Positions 1-20,004 of a stretch of 64,000 nt of DNA are shown in pieces. This DNA is from Chrysemys picta bellii. Taxonomy: Eukaryota. The translations under genes were made by a program, and so were the position numbers. Numbering within the stretch: position 1 is the first letter of the stretch; the number at the start of each line of letters is the position of its first letter. The notes under the pieces were generated by a model. That model made no database searches. It saw only the letters and a program-made list of their open reading frames with translations, and was not told the origin of the DNA. The stretch spans positions 25,854,001-25,918,000 of the forward strand of contig NC_088807.1 in assembly GCF_011386835.1 (NCBI RefSeq), read 5' to 3'.

Positions 1-904
1 AAATTACTTGCCTGGCTGGGAAAGGAAGGACTTGCTAATAGCTGTTAGCAAAGAGGGCCCACCCCATCAGCCAGTGAATTCTGTTAAGCAAGAGAAATCA
101 GGGTTTAATCCTGCAGAACAAGGAGGAAAGAGAAAACTAAATTTTGCAAAGGGAAGCCGCAGGTTAACCCTAAAATGCCCAAACTCCAATGGTATTGAGC
201 CAAAGGGGTGGCATGACAAACATGACTGTAGATGGACACTTGCAATGAACTTGTTGTTATTGCTAGATTTTGTAATTAATGTGTTGCTATTGCCACAAAC
301 TGTAAAAATATACAATGTGCCTAATCTTTTGGAGAATTCCTTGAACATGTTAAAAGGAATACATGAAAACACACGTTATGTTAAAAGGCCTTGTTACACT
401 GGGGTTTCACAGGCAATGCATATAAACAATATGGGAACTTTTCACGGGGGAGAGGACATTCCAGACCTAATGTGCGGTATGAAAAGGAAGACTGAGGCAC
501 ACTACCATATTGCTTTCATGGCTGAATGCCAAGATTCCTGGACTATGAAGAACATTAATATCTGCATTTATTCAATGTTAATTGGGTTCCAAACATTGGC
601 CCGAGCTTGTATGGATAAAGTAGCAGTTTTCTTTAGCTCTTGGCAAGATCACATGGCACACACAGGAACCATGCTGCCAGAGCAGATCCAATCCACTATT
701 GTTCTAACTAAGTGTTACCTTGAGTTTGTAAAGAGGTTCAATCATGTGGTTAAACATGATTTTGATAAACCATTTCTGTTATACACTGGTATGGCTTCTA
801 ACCCAACACTAGCTGTAGTGAGACAGAACCCAGGATGGGGAGCTCTTGGGATGCAGTCAGTGATGCTTGTGTCATCCCTTCCTGCATCAATTTTGCGTTG
901 GGGG
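1..904 (+). mobile_element. Degenerate internal region of a Gypsy-type LTR retrotransposon (probably Gmr1-like, condensed pol remnant)
   Basis: ORF 8..1009 contains ARACMDKVAVFFSSWQDHMAH (resembles the RT motif YxDDxxxFSxSWxxHxxH with YxDD destroyed) and HDFDKPFLLYTGMASN (resembles RNase H-linker PDFxKPFxLxTDAS). It is AT-rich against the GC-rich surroundings and ends in a G-run just before an LTR. Recognised from motif memory, not from a search. Confidence 0.55.
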
Positions 905-1978
905 TGTGACGTTATTGACATAAACTGGGACCATATAGATCATTGTTGCAACCAAAGTCCTGTAGTGGCACCCAAATCTTGTATAAAGGGGGTCAAATGG
1001 GGTGTCTAGGACAAGGTTATGGTTTACTGGTTATGATTATGCTGTCTATATGTGTGTATCAGTTGTGTAGTCGAAGTTATGAATATTGGCTCTATACTGT
1101 CTGTATGGCAAACTTATGCTATGCTTCTGGGTGACATCCCAGACAAGCTGAGATTAGCTCTGCCTAGCCTGCTTGATGGCCCATTAAGGACCATCAACTA
1201 TACAATGGACCCATTGAGAGAAGGCAGATACGCCTTGTACCTCAGCAAAGTATGCAGGGACTGGCCCATGTGACTCCAGACTCCATGTTGCTGTAATTTA
1301 AGAACAAAGAGGTGTTCTTACACCGGGAAAAGACTATATAAGGCTGATACCTGATCTCCATCTTGTCTTCAATCCTGCTTCTTACCTCTGGAGGAACTTT
1401 GCTACAAGCTGAAGCTTTGAACAAAGGACTGAGGACCCATCCCAGCGGGGGATGTATTCCAGAGACTTGATTTGAACCTGCAGTTTATTCCATCGCTGCT
1501 GCAAGCCTGAACCAAGAACTTTGCCATTACTGTATGTAATTGATTCCATTTAACCAATTCTAACTCTCATCTCTATCTTTTTCCTTTTATGAATAAACCT
1601 TTAGATTTTAGATTCTAAAGGATTGGCAACAGCGTGATTTGTGGGTAAGATCTGATTTGTATATTGACCTGGGTCTGGGGCTTGGTCCTTTGGGATCAGG
1701 AGAACCTTTTTCTTTTACTGGGGTATTGGTTTTCATAACCATTTGTCCCCATAACGAGTGGTACTGGTGGTGATACTGGGAAACTGGAGTGTCTAAGGAG
1801 ATTGCTTGAGAGACTTGCAGTTAGCCAGTGGGGTGAGACTGAAGTCCTCTTAGTCTGGCTGGTTTGGTTTGCCTTAGAGGTGGAAAAAACCCCAGCCTTG
1901 GGCTGTAACTGCCCTATTTGAGCAATTTGTCCTGAGTTGGCACTCTCAGTTGGGTTCCGCCAGAACCGCATTGTCACA
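905..1978 (+). mobile_element. LTR (~1.07 kb) of the retroelement, in PFKFB1 intron 11, antisense to the host gene
   Basis: Terminal inverted repeats TGTGAC (905-910) and GTCACA (1973-1978); TATA-like TATATAA near 1335; AATAAA near 1592; preceded by a G-run (PPT-like). Confidence 0.7.
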
Positions 1979-2395
1979 GCTCTCCTCAGGTTAACAAAGG
2001 CAGGGGCGAGTTCGTTACCCGTTGATGGAACGACTGACGTTTGCACTGTTCAGGGGGGTCCTGATCAGCGTGAGCTGCACATTTCTGGGGTGCAAGGCTG
2101 GGACTGAGGGATGCACAAGTGTCGCCCTGTATCTGTTTGTGAGCGGCTGGGAAACACCAGCCCAGACGTGTCAGAGAAGAGCAATGCCCCAGCGTGATGC
2201 CCTCTGACAGCACTGTAAATCCCTTGCTCACAGCCCCCTTGCTGATGTAGGGTCGTTGAGCGCCCGCCTGGGTGTGGGTCACCGGACAACTGGCCGTGGC
2301 CGACCCCCAGACTTACAGCATATTTCAATAAGTCTCAACCTCTTCCACGTTACCGAGGTACATATTTGGACCGAACGATGGGGTTCAGCACATCA

Positions 2396-7484
<5,089 letters not shown>

Positions 7485-7659
7485 CCTGCCCCCCTGGGAG
7501 CTCAGCAGGCCTCTCAGCCCCACAGGCTGCCCCTTGCCCTGGGACCAGCCGGTCCCACCCTCTGGGCAGCTTGCCGGGGGCGGGGGGAGAGACAGGACAC
7601 CGAGATCACTGACCCCCCATGCTGTGTACACTGCAGATAACACTGATCCCCGCCCCCCC

Positions 7660-8090
7660 CCCGAACCAGCCAGTCCCTGCCCTGGGACCGGACGGGAGCC
7701 GGCGCCCCCTAGAGGGGACAGGCCCCAGACCCCGTTCCCCACCCCCCTGAGCCAGCCAGTCCCTGCCCTGGGGCTGATGGGAGCCGGCGCCCCCCAGAGG
7801 GGACAGGCCCCAGACCCCGTTCCCCACCCCCTGAGCCAGCCAGTCCCTGCCCTGGGACCGGACGGGAGCCGGCGCCCCCCAGAGGGGACAGGCCCCAGAC
7901 CCCATTCCCCACCCCCTGAGCCAGCCAGTCCCTGCCCTGGGGCTGGTGGGAGCCGGCGCCCCCCAGAGGGGACAGGCCCCAGACCCCATTCCCTGCCCCC
8001 CTGAGCCAGCCAGTCCCTGCCCTGGGACCGGGTGGGAGCCGGCGCCCTCCAGAGGGGACAGGCCCCAGACCCCGTTCCCCGCCCCCCCAT
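7660..8090. repeat. Array of a dispersed ~85-bp GC-rich repeat (also near 18530, 26560-27140, 44300-44500, 50920-51220)
   Basis: Unit CCCCCTGAGCCAGCCAGTCCCTGCCCTGGG...GGGAGCCGGCGCCCCCCAGAGGGGACAGGCCCC repeated in tandem and dispersed in both orientations. Confidence 0.85.
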
Positions 8091-9049
8091 AGCTCTGACT
8101 CTGTGCCTGTCCAGACAGTGGGTCCCCTGTCCCCTGCCTCCAATCCCCCCGCCCGCTCCCCGTGCTGATCAGCCACGTGCCCTGGAGCCCTGCCAGCGCG
8201 CCAGGCGCAGGACCGAAGGCTGATGCCCCCTCACAGAGGGAGGCCGGAGATCAGGGAGGACGTTCCCCTGCCGAGCGCAGAAGGGGGGAGGGGGCGCTTT
8301 CCCCAGGCTCTCCGAATCCCCTGCCAGTCTGGGGCCCAACTCCAGACCCACCCCAAGTGTCAATCTTCCAGCACGGTCACATCAAGAGCGGAGCAGACTG
8401 GGGGAGGTCGGGGAAGGGCCGGATCCCAGCAAAGGACCCCCCGGAGGAAATTGGGGGGGGGTCCCTATCTAGGGGACAGACAAGCACCTCACACCTAAGC
8501 AGGACTAATGCCAAGGATGTGGCTGGGTACATTAAAAAGGACCAGGCTTTACTCGCTCTAACCAGCAGATCCCGCTCCCCTCCCCGAGCCAAGGAGAGAA
8601 CCCAGGAGTCCTGGCCCCCAGCCCCCCGCTCTAACCACTAGCCCCCACTCCCCTCCCAGAGCGGGGAGAGAACCCAGGAGTCCTGGCGCCCATCCCCCCT
8701 GCTCTAACCACTAGACCCCACTCCCCTCCCAGAGCCGGGGAGAGAACCCAGGAGTCCTGGCTCCCAGCCCCCCTGCTCTAATCACTAGACCCCACTCCCC
8801 TCCCAGAGCCGGGGAGAGAACCCAGGAGTCCTGGCTCCCAGGCCCCCCTGCTCTAATCACTAGCCCCCACTCCCCCCAGGCTGGGAGAGAGCCCAGGAGT
8901 CCTGGCTCCCAGCCCACCCTGCTCTAACCACCAGCCCCCACTCCTCTCCCAGAGCCGGGGAGAGAACCCAGGAGTCCTGGCTCCCAGCCCCCCAACCACT
9001 AGACACGACTCAGGGCAAGGGTACTTTGTCAAGCTCTTTGCTTCCTTAC

Positions 9050-9077
9050 CTGGTATCTTAGTTGGCTTTTGCTCCAT
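9050..9077 (-). CDS. PFKFB1: PFKFB1 muscle-type alternative first coding exon (1M)
   Basis: GCC ATG GAG CAA AAG CCA ACT AAG ATA CCA G|GTAAGG gives MEQKPTKIP + phase 1, compatible with exon 2. It matches the size, upstream position and style of the mammalian muscle N-terminus (MEEK..., 9 residues). Confidence 0.8.
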
Positions 9078-9370
9078 GGCTCAGGGCTTGGGGGGTCAAG
9101 TGGGTTGGAGAAGGGGGGGCTGGGAGTCAGGCTCCTGGGGCATGGGGGGCACTGGGGAGGGTCGGTAGGAGGGCTCGCTCAGCCCCACATCGACTCAGCG
9201 GAAGCAAAACAAATCAGGGAGCTGTTCCAAAGAGACCCATGTGCCCCTCTAGAAAGGTCACAGCTAATATTACACCTGGCATGGGAGTAAGGGGGGGCTG
9301 GTGGTTAGAGCAGGGGCTGGGAACCAGGATGCCTGGGTTCTCTCCCCGGCTTGGAGCAGGGGGGGAGGGG

Positions 9371-9496
9371 TAGGGTGACCAGATGTCCCAATTTTATAGG
9401 GACAGTCCTGATATTTGGGGCTTTTTCTTATCTAGGCTCCTATTACCCCCCCACCCCCCTGTCCTGATTTTTCACACTTGCTGTCTGGTCACCCTG
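9371..9496. mobile_element. MITE / non-autonomous DNA transposon (~125 bp)
   Basis: Terminal inverted repeats AGGGTGACCAGA (9372-9383) and TCTGGTCACCCT (9484-9495). Confidence 0.75.
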
Positions 9497-10679
9497 GGGG
9501 GGGGGGTATTAGGAAGGTCATAGGATTGCCTGGGTCCTGCCCCCCCCCCCGCGAGTGTATCATTCTCCCCCTGCCCCCATCAGACACAAAACCCTCCCCC
9601 TCTTCAGCCCAGGTGCCCCTGAACCCCAGCACAGGTAACTGTATTGGCTCCTCCCCTTTTCCACACCTCTCACGGGTCTGTTGTGGAGGAGAGATACGAA
9701 TGACTGGGGGGGGGGGGGAGTTCCCGGCTGCTCCAGCCCCACCAGGGGCGCTTTGGGGAGGGGGGGGCAGCACAGGCATAGACTGCAGGAGACAATCCCC
9801 CTGCTCTAACCACCAGCCCCCACTCCCCTCCCAGAGCCAGGGAGAGAACCCAGGAGTCCTGGCTCCCAGCCCCCCCTGCTCTAACCACCAGCCCCCACTC
9901 CCCTCCCAGAGCTGGGGAGAGAACCCAGGAGTCCTGGCTCCCACCCCCCCCTGCTCTAACCACCAGCCCCCACTCCCCTCCCAGAGCTGGGGAGAGAACC
10001 CAGGAGTCCTGGCTCCCACCCCCCCCTGCTCTAACCACCAGCCCCCACTCCCCTCCCAGAGCCGGGGAGAGAACCCAGGAGTCCTGGCTCCCACCCCCCC
10101 TGCTCTAACCACCAGCCCCCACTCCCCTCCCAGAGCCGGGGAGAGAACCCAGGAGTCCTGGCTCCCAGGCCCCCCCTGCTCTAACCACCAGCCCCCACTC
10201 CCCTCCCAGAGCCAGGGAGAGAACCCAGGAGTCCTGGCTCCCAGCTCCCCCCCGCTCTAACCACCAGCCCCCACTCCCCTCCCAGAGCCGGGGAGAGAAC
10301 CCAGGAGTCCGGGCTCCCACCCCCCCTGCTCTAACCATCAGCCCCGACTCCCCTCCCAGAGCTGGGGAGAGAACCCAGGAGTCCTGGCTCCCAGCCCCCC
10401 CTGCTCTAACCACCAGACCCCACTCCCCTCCCAGAGCCAAGAGAGAACCCAGGAGTCCTGGCTCCCAGCCCCCCTGCTCTAACCCCAGCCCCCACTCCTC
10501 TCCCAGAGCCAGGAGAGACAACCCAGGAGTCCTGGCTCCAGGTCTCCATTGAGGGGGTGGGGGGGGGTGACTATTTCCTTTGACATGCGGGGGGGGGGGG
10601 GGCTGTTTGGCTATTTGCCAGTAGCCAAGATGGGTGCCAACGGGCGTTACTAAGGGCAACGCAGCTCCGTTGCCAGCGT

Positions 10680-10811
10680 CGAACATGGCCGCCAAGGCTT
10701 CCCCCATCATCCAGGGCGATCACGTGACGAACTGTCAGCGTCCCTTCCCCTGTGTGACCCGGCAGAACCAGATCAGCTGGTGTTTGCCTCCCGCCCCGCT
10801 TCCTGCGGGGT
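10680..10811 (+). promoter_or_regulatory. WDR45: Putative WDR45 promoter and non-coding exon 1
   Basis: CpG-rich; YY1-like AACATGGCCGCC (10682-10693); CLEAR/E-box ATCACGTGAC (10719-10728); candidate donor GG|GTAACC at 10810. Confidence 0.6.
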
Positions 10812-10829
10812 AACCAGGGCCTGGGGGCG

Positions 10830-11810
10830 GGGGGGCGGTCTGGGATTGGGGGGCAGGGGGGGCTGGGTTCGTGGGGGCAGGTGGGGGGGTCTGGGGTTGG
10901 GGGGCAGGGGGGGGCTGGGTTCGTGGGGGCAGGTGGGGGGTCTGGGATGGGGGGCAGGTGGGGCTGGGTTCGTGGGGGCAGGTGGGGGGGTCTGGGATTG
11001 GGGGGCAGGGGCGGCTGGGTTCGTGGGGGCAGGTGGGGGGGTCTGGGATTGGGGGGCAGGGGGGGCTGGGTTCGTGGGGGGCAGGTGGGGGGGGTCTGGG
11101 GTTGGGGGGCAGGGGGGGCTGGGTTCGTGGGGGCAGGTGGGGGGTCTGGGATGGGGGGGCAGGTGGGGCTGGGTTCGTGGGGGCAGGTGGGGGGGTCTGG
11201 GATTGGGGGGCAGGGGGGGCTGGGTTCGTGGGGGCAGGTGGGGGGGTCTGGGGTTGGGGGGCAGGGGGGGCTGGGTTCGTGGGGGCAGGTGGGGGGTCTG
11301 GGGTTGGGGGCAGGGGGGGCTGGGTTCGTGGGGGCAGGTGGGCAGGAGGGGGGTCTGGGGTTGGGGGGCAGGGGGGGCTGGGTTCGTGGGGGCAGGTGGG
11401 GCAGGAGGGGGGTCTGGGATTGGGGGGCAGGGGGGGCTGGGTTCGTGGGGGCAGGTGGGGGGTCTGGGATCGGGGGGGCAGGTGGGGAGGTGGGGTGGGG
11501 GATCTGGGATTGGGGGGCAGGGGGGGCTGGGTTCGTGGGGGCATGGGGGGGCTGGGTTCGTGGGGGCAGTGGGGAGGGGGGTCTGGGATTGGGGGCAGGT
11601 GGGGCTGGGTTCGTGGGGGCAGGTGGGGCAGGAGGGAGGGTCTGGGATTGGGGGGCAGGGGGGCTGGGTTCGTGTGGGGAGGTGGGGGGATCTGGGATTG
11701 GGGGGCAAGGTGGGGCTGGGTTCGTGGGGGCAGGTGGGGCAGGAGGGGGCATCTGGGATTGGGGGGCAGGTGGGGCTGGGTTCGTGGGGGCAGTGGGGAG
11801 GTAGGGCTGG
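10830..11810. repeat. G-rich ~48-bp minisatellite in WDR45 intron 1
   Basis: About 20 units of GGCTGGGTTCGTGGGGGCAGGTGGGGGG-TCTGGGATTGGGGGGCAGGGG. Confidence 0.9.
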
Positions 11811-12212
11811 GCTGTGAGGTTGGGATTGTGGGGTCAGCGGGTTTGGGGAGATGGATTTGGGGGATGGGGGGCAAGGAGAATGCTGTGGGGCAGGGGGCAC
11901 CCAGATAGAAACATAGTGGTGGGGGTGGGGGCTTGGGGAGGAGTGAGGGGACTGGGGCACAGTGGGAGGCGGGGGGATTTGGGGGGGCCGTGAGGCTGTG
12001 TATAGGGAGGACAGTGGGGGATTTTGGGGGGGCAGGGCGATCCTGGGGGGCAGTGGGGTTGAGGGAGCTGGGTGGGGGGCAGACAGCTGGGCATGGGGGG
12101 CTGGAGCATAGCCTCATGCTCCTCTCACCCCCCTGCCCCTCCCCCCACTCTTCAGCTGCCTTGCTTGCTCGGAGCCGGGAGGGGCCCCCCCAGAATCCAC
12201 CGCTCCTGCAGC

Positions 12213-16667
<4,455 letters not shown>

Positions 16668-17044
16668 GGCCCCTGGGGCGCCCCCCCCTCCGCCCGAGGC
16701 CAGAATTGCACGGGGGGGGGGGGGGGGGCGGGCGCTGTTCATGGACTTCTAGCTATGGGAACATTAAACTCCGGCTGTGAGATCCACCACCCCTCCCGCT
16801 CTCACCTGGCACCGAGATGCAGCCACCTCTGGGGTGGGGCAACAGCTGTACATAACGCTGCACTGGAAGGGCTCACCCAGCACGGAGCTGCAGCTCAGTT
16901 TGAAACAGCTGGGGCGAGTTGGGAATTGAATCCAGACCCCCTGCTTTCACACCCAACTGCCTGGAAGGGAAATAGCCTGGCTTTTACCCTCTACTGCTCC
17001 TCCCTTTGCCTAGTGGCACAGACTCACCCCACCCTCAGTCGCAT

Positions 17045-17587
17045 TGTAATACGCTGTAAATTCTCGCCCCCATTCACCGCTTGTGTATGGTTATGATATT
17101 TTGTACAAAGTATGCCGTGTTTGGTATCATTTGAAAAGCCATAATTCGCTGAACATCATTGTCCTGTTACAATGTGTGTATCAGCGTCAGAGAGGGAGTT
17201 AGGAGATTTCGCTCTATGACTGTTACTGAAACATATTGTGAGTCTGAAAACCTCCGCAGACTAACCCCTTAGACATAACTACAGGACCATGAACAGAAGG
17301 CCCAGATATCAGCCCTGGAGGACTCAGAGCTGCTAAATAGCTCCTATGCCCCAGAGCCGGTGACATCACCTGCCTCGCCCCCCCTTACACAATGGAACAA
17401 GAGCATGGGGAAGACAAAGCAATCCCCCTGGAGCCTATGGGAGGGGCTGGGCCTAACGAGACAGCGTTCTCATTAGCCAGAAGTACGACGAAGGGTGGGG
17501 GTGGGAACGCGTTCGCTGGGAGAGTTACTGCCCTGGTGAAGATTAGGAACGGGCTTGTGATTTTTCCCTTTGTCACCAACGCCGAGC
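17045..17587. mobile_element. Probable LTR fragment truncated by the gap
   Basis: Abrupt AT-rich segment (...TGTATGGTTATGATATTTTGTACAAAGTATGCC...) resembling turtle LTRs as I recall them; not confirmed by a search. Confidence 0.4.
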
Positions 17588-18087
17588 NNNNNNNNNNNNN
17601 NNNNNNNNNNNNNNNNNNNNNNNNNNNNNNNNNNNNNNNNNNNNNNNNNNNNNNNNNNNNNNNNNNNNNNNNNNNNNNNNNNNNNNNNNNNNNNNNNNNN
17701 NNNNNNNNNNNNNNNNNNNNNNNNNNNNNNNNNNNNNNNNNNNNNNNNNNNNNNNNNNNNNNNNNNNNNNNNNNNNNNNNNNNNNNNNNNNNNNNNNNNN
17801 NNNNNNNNNNNNNNNNNNNNNNNNNNNNNNNNNNNNNNNNNNNNNNNNNNNNNNNNNNNNNNNNNNNNNNNNNNNNNNNNNNNNNNNNNNNNNNNNNNNN
17901 NNNNNNNNNNNNNNNNNNNNNNNNNNNNNNNNNNNNNNNNNNNNNNNNNNNNNNNNNNNNNNNNNNNNNNNNNNNNNNNNNNNNNNNNNNNNNNNNNNNN
18001 NNNNNNNNNNNNNNNNNNNNNNNNNNNNNNNNNNNNNNNNNNNNNNNNNNNNNNNNNNNNNNNNNNNNNNNNNNNNNNNNNNNNNNN
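17588..18087. other. Scaffold gap (500 N)
   Basis: Exactly 500 N, a fixed placeholder size. Confidence 0.99.
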
Positions 18088-18153
18088 GACCCCGGTGCCA
18101 GCGTGAGATTCAGACCAATCTGTACAGGATTGAGAGGAAGAAAAATCTATTTA

Positions 18154-18159
18154 AATAAA
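18154..18159 (+). terminator. Orphan polyadenylation signal of an unseen plus-strand gene
   Basis: AATAAA with TGTA about 30 nt upstream and U-rich sequence downstream, immediately right of the gap. Confidence 0.35.
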
Positions 18160-19104
18160 AGAGGTTTTATCTTTATCCAGGAAATCCTTGTAGAGTCAGT
18201 GATTCCTCTCACTAGGGGGAGGTGGGAACCCAGGAGTCCTGGCTCCCAGCCCTGCCCCAGCTCTAACCCTTCAGACCCCAGTCCCCTCGCAGAGCCGGGG
18301 AGAGAACCCAGGCGTCCCAGCTCCCAGGCCCTCTCCCACACTAAAGGTGTAGCTCCAGCCAGCACTCCCGGATCCAGCAGTGACACACACATTTACCACG
18401 TGTCACTTACGTCAACCCTATATTTACCTACCTTCCCCTGTGCACACCAGCTGTGACAACAACCGCGCCCCCAACACCTGCCAGCGTTTCATGTCCCCAC
18501 TCCCCACTGGGGCTTCAAAGGGGACGGGGAATGGGGCAGGGGCCTGTCACCTCTAGGGGGTGCCGGTTCCCATCCAGCCTCAGGCTGGGGACTGGCTAGC
18601 TGGGGGGGCTGGGACATGGGGCCTGTCCCCTATAGCCTACCGGGCTGGCCACTTTTACACCCTGTGGTGCCCAGAAGCAAAATGGCCTCCCCTGAGAGGC
18701 ATCTTGGCCGGCGTAGCCCCCTGAGACGTGTCGTGTGAGAAGCCGAACCAAGGAGCTGGGTGGCTGGAGGGGAGCTTGGGGGACGGTTCACTGCCCCAGG
18801 GGTGTGAGCTCTGGGGCTGGAAACCAGCAGTTTGCGCTCCCACTGTAACCTACCAGCCCCCACTCCCCTCCCCGAGCCAGGGAGAGAACCCAGGAGTCCT
18901 GGCTCCCAGCCCCCCCCGCCCCCGCTCTAACCACCAGCCCCCACTCCCCTCCCCGAGCCAGGGAGAGAACCCAGGAGTCCTGGCTTCCAGCCCTCCCTAT
19001 TCTAACCTACCAGCCCCACTCCCCTCCCAGAGCGGGGAGAGAACCCAGGAGTCCTGGCTCCCAGCCCCCCCTGCTCAAGCCACCAGCCATCCCTGCACGC
19101 TATA

Positions 19105-19917
19105 GTGCCCCCACTCGGGATCTGCTCTAGCCAGCGCCCCCCCCCCCGCTCTCTATGGTCCCCCCACTCGGGCTCCGCTCTAGCCAGTCCCCCCCCGCTC
19201 TCTATGGTCCCCCCCCACTCGGGCTCCGCTCTAGCCAGTCCCCCCCCCACGCTCTCTATGGTTCCCCCCCACTCGGGCTCCGCTCTAGCCAGCCCCCTCC
19301 GCTCTCTATGGTCCCCCCCACTCGGGCTCCGCTCTAGCCAGTCCCCCCGCTCTCTATGGTCCCCCCCCACTCGGGCTCCGCTCTAGGCAGTCCCCCCGCT
19401 CTCTATGTTCCCCCCCCCACTCTCTATGGTCCCCCCACGCGGGCTCCGCTCTAGCCAGTCCCCCCCGCTCTCTATGGTCCCCCCCCACGCGGGCTCCGCT
19501 CTAGCCAGTCCCCCCCGCTCTCTATGGTCCACCCCCACTCTCTATGGTCCCCCCCCACTCGGGCTCCGCTCTAGCCAGTCCCCCCCCCCACGCTCTCTAT
19601 GGTTCCCCCCACTCGGGCTCCGCTCTAGCCAGCCCCCTCCGCTCTCTATGGTCCCCCCCACTCGGGCTCCGCTCTAGCCAGTCCCCCCGCTCTCTATGTT
19701 CCCCCCCCACTCTCTATGGTCCCCCCACGCGGGCTCCGCTCTAGCCAGTCCCCCCCGCTCTCTATGGTCCCCCCCCACGCGGGCTCCGCTCTAGCCAGTC
19801 CCCCCCCGCTCTCTATGGTCCCCCCCCCACTCTCTATGGTCCCCCCACGCGGGCTCCGCTCTAGCCAGTCCCCCCCCGCTCTCTATGGTTCCCCCCCACT
19901 CGGGCTCCGCTCTAGCC
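19105..19917. repeat. ~46-bp minisatellite abutting the SLC35A2 promoter
   Basis: Units CTCTATGGTCCCCCCCACTCGGGCTCCGCTCTAGCCAGTCCCCCCG; the array ends about 90 bp before the ATG. Confidence 0.9.
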
Positions 19918-20004
19918 CCGCCTCTCGCGGTGGGGCGGAAGCGGAAGCGGGGATGCGGAAGTGGCGGCGGGGCGGGGTCCGGGGGTTGCCGGGCAGTTGC
20001 CACC
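19918..20004 (+). promoter_or_regulatory. SLC35A2: SLC35A2 CpG-island core promoter / 5' UTR with tandem ETS (GGAAG) and GC boxes
   Basis: GCGGAAGCGGAAGCG...GCGGAAGTGG and GGGGCGG motifs; strong Kozak GCCACCATGG. Confidence 0.6.

Larger units (their letters stand above)
8620..10540. repeat. Arrays of the dispersed ~63-bp repeat (8620-9000 and 9795-10540)
   Basis: Unit CTCTAACCACCAGCCCCCACTCCCCTCCCAGAGCCGGGGAGAGAACCCAGGAGTCCTGGCTCCCAGCCCCCCTG. Confidence 0.9.

Noticed and set aside
10571-12117. Pro-rich and Gly-rich ORFs of 300-460 aa
   Set aside because: Translation of the G-rich intron 1 repeat; open on both strands, with no domain content.
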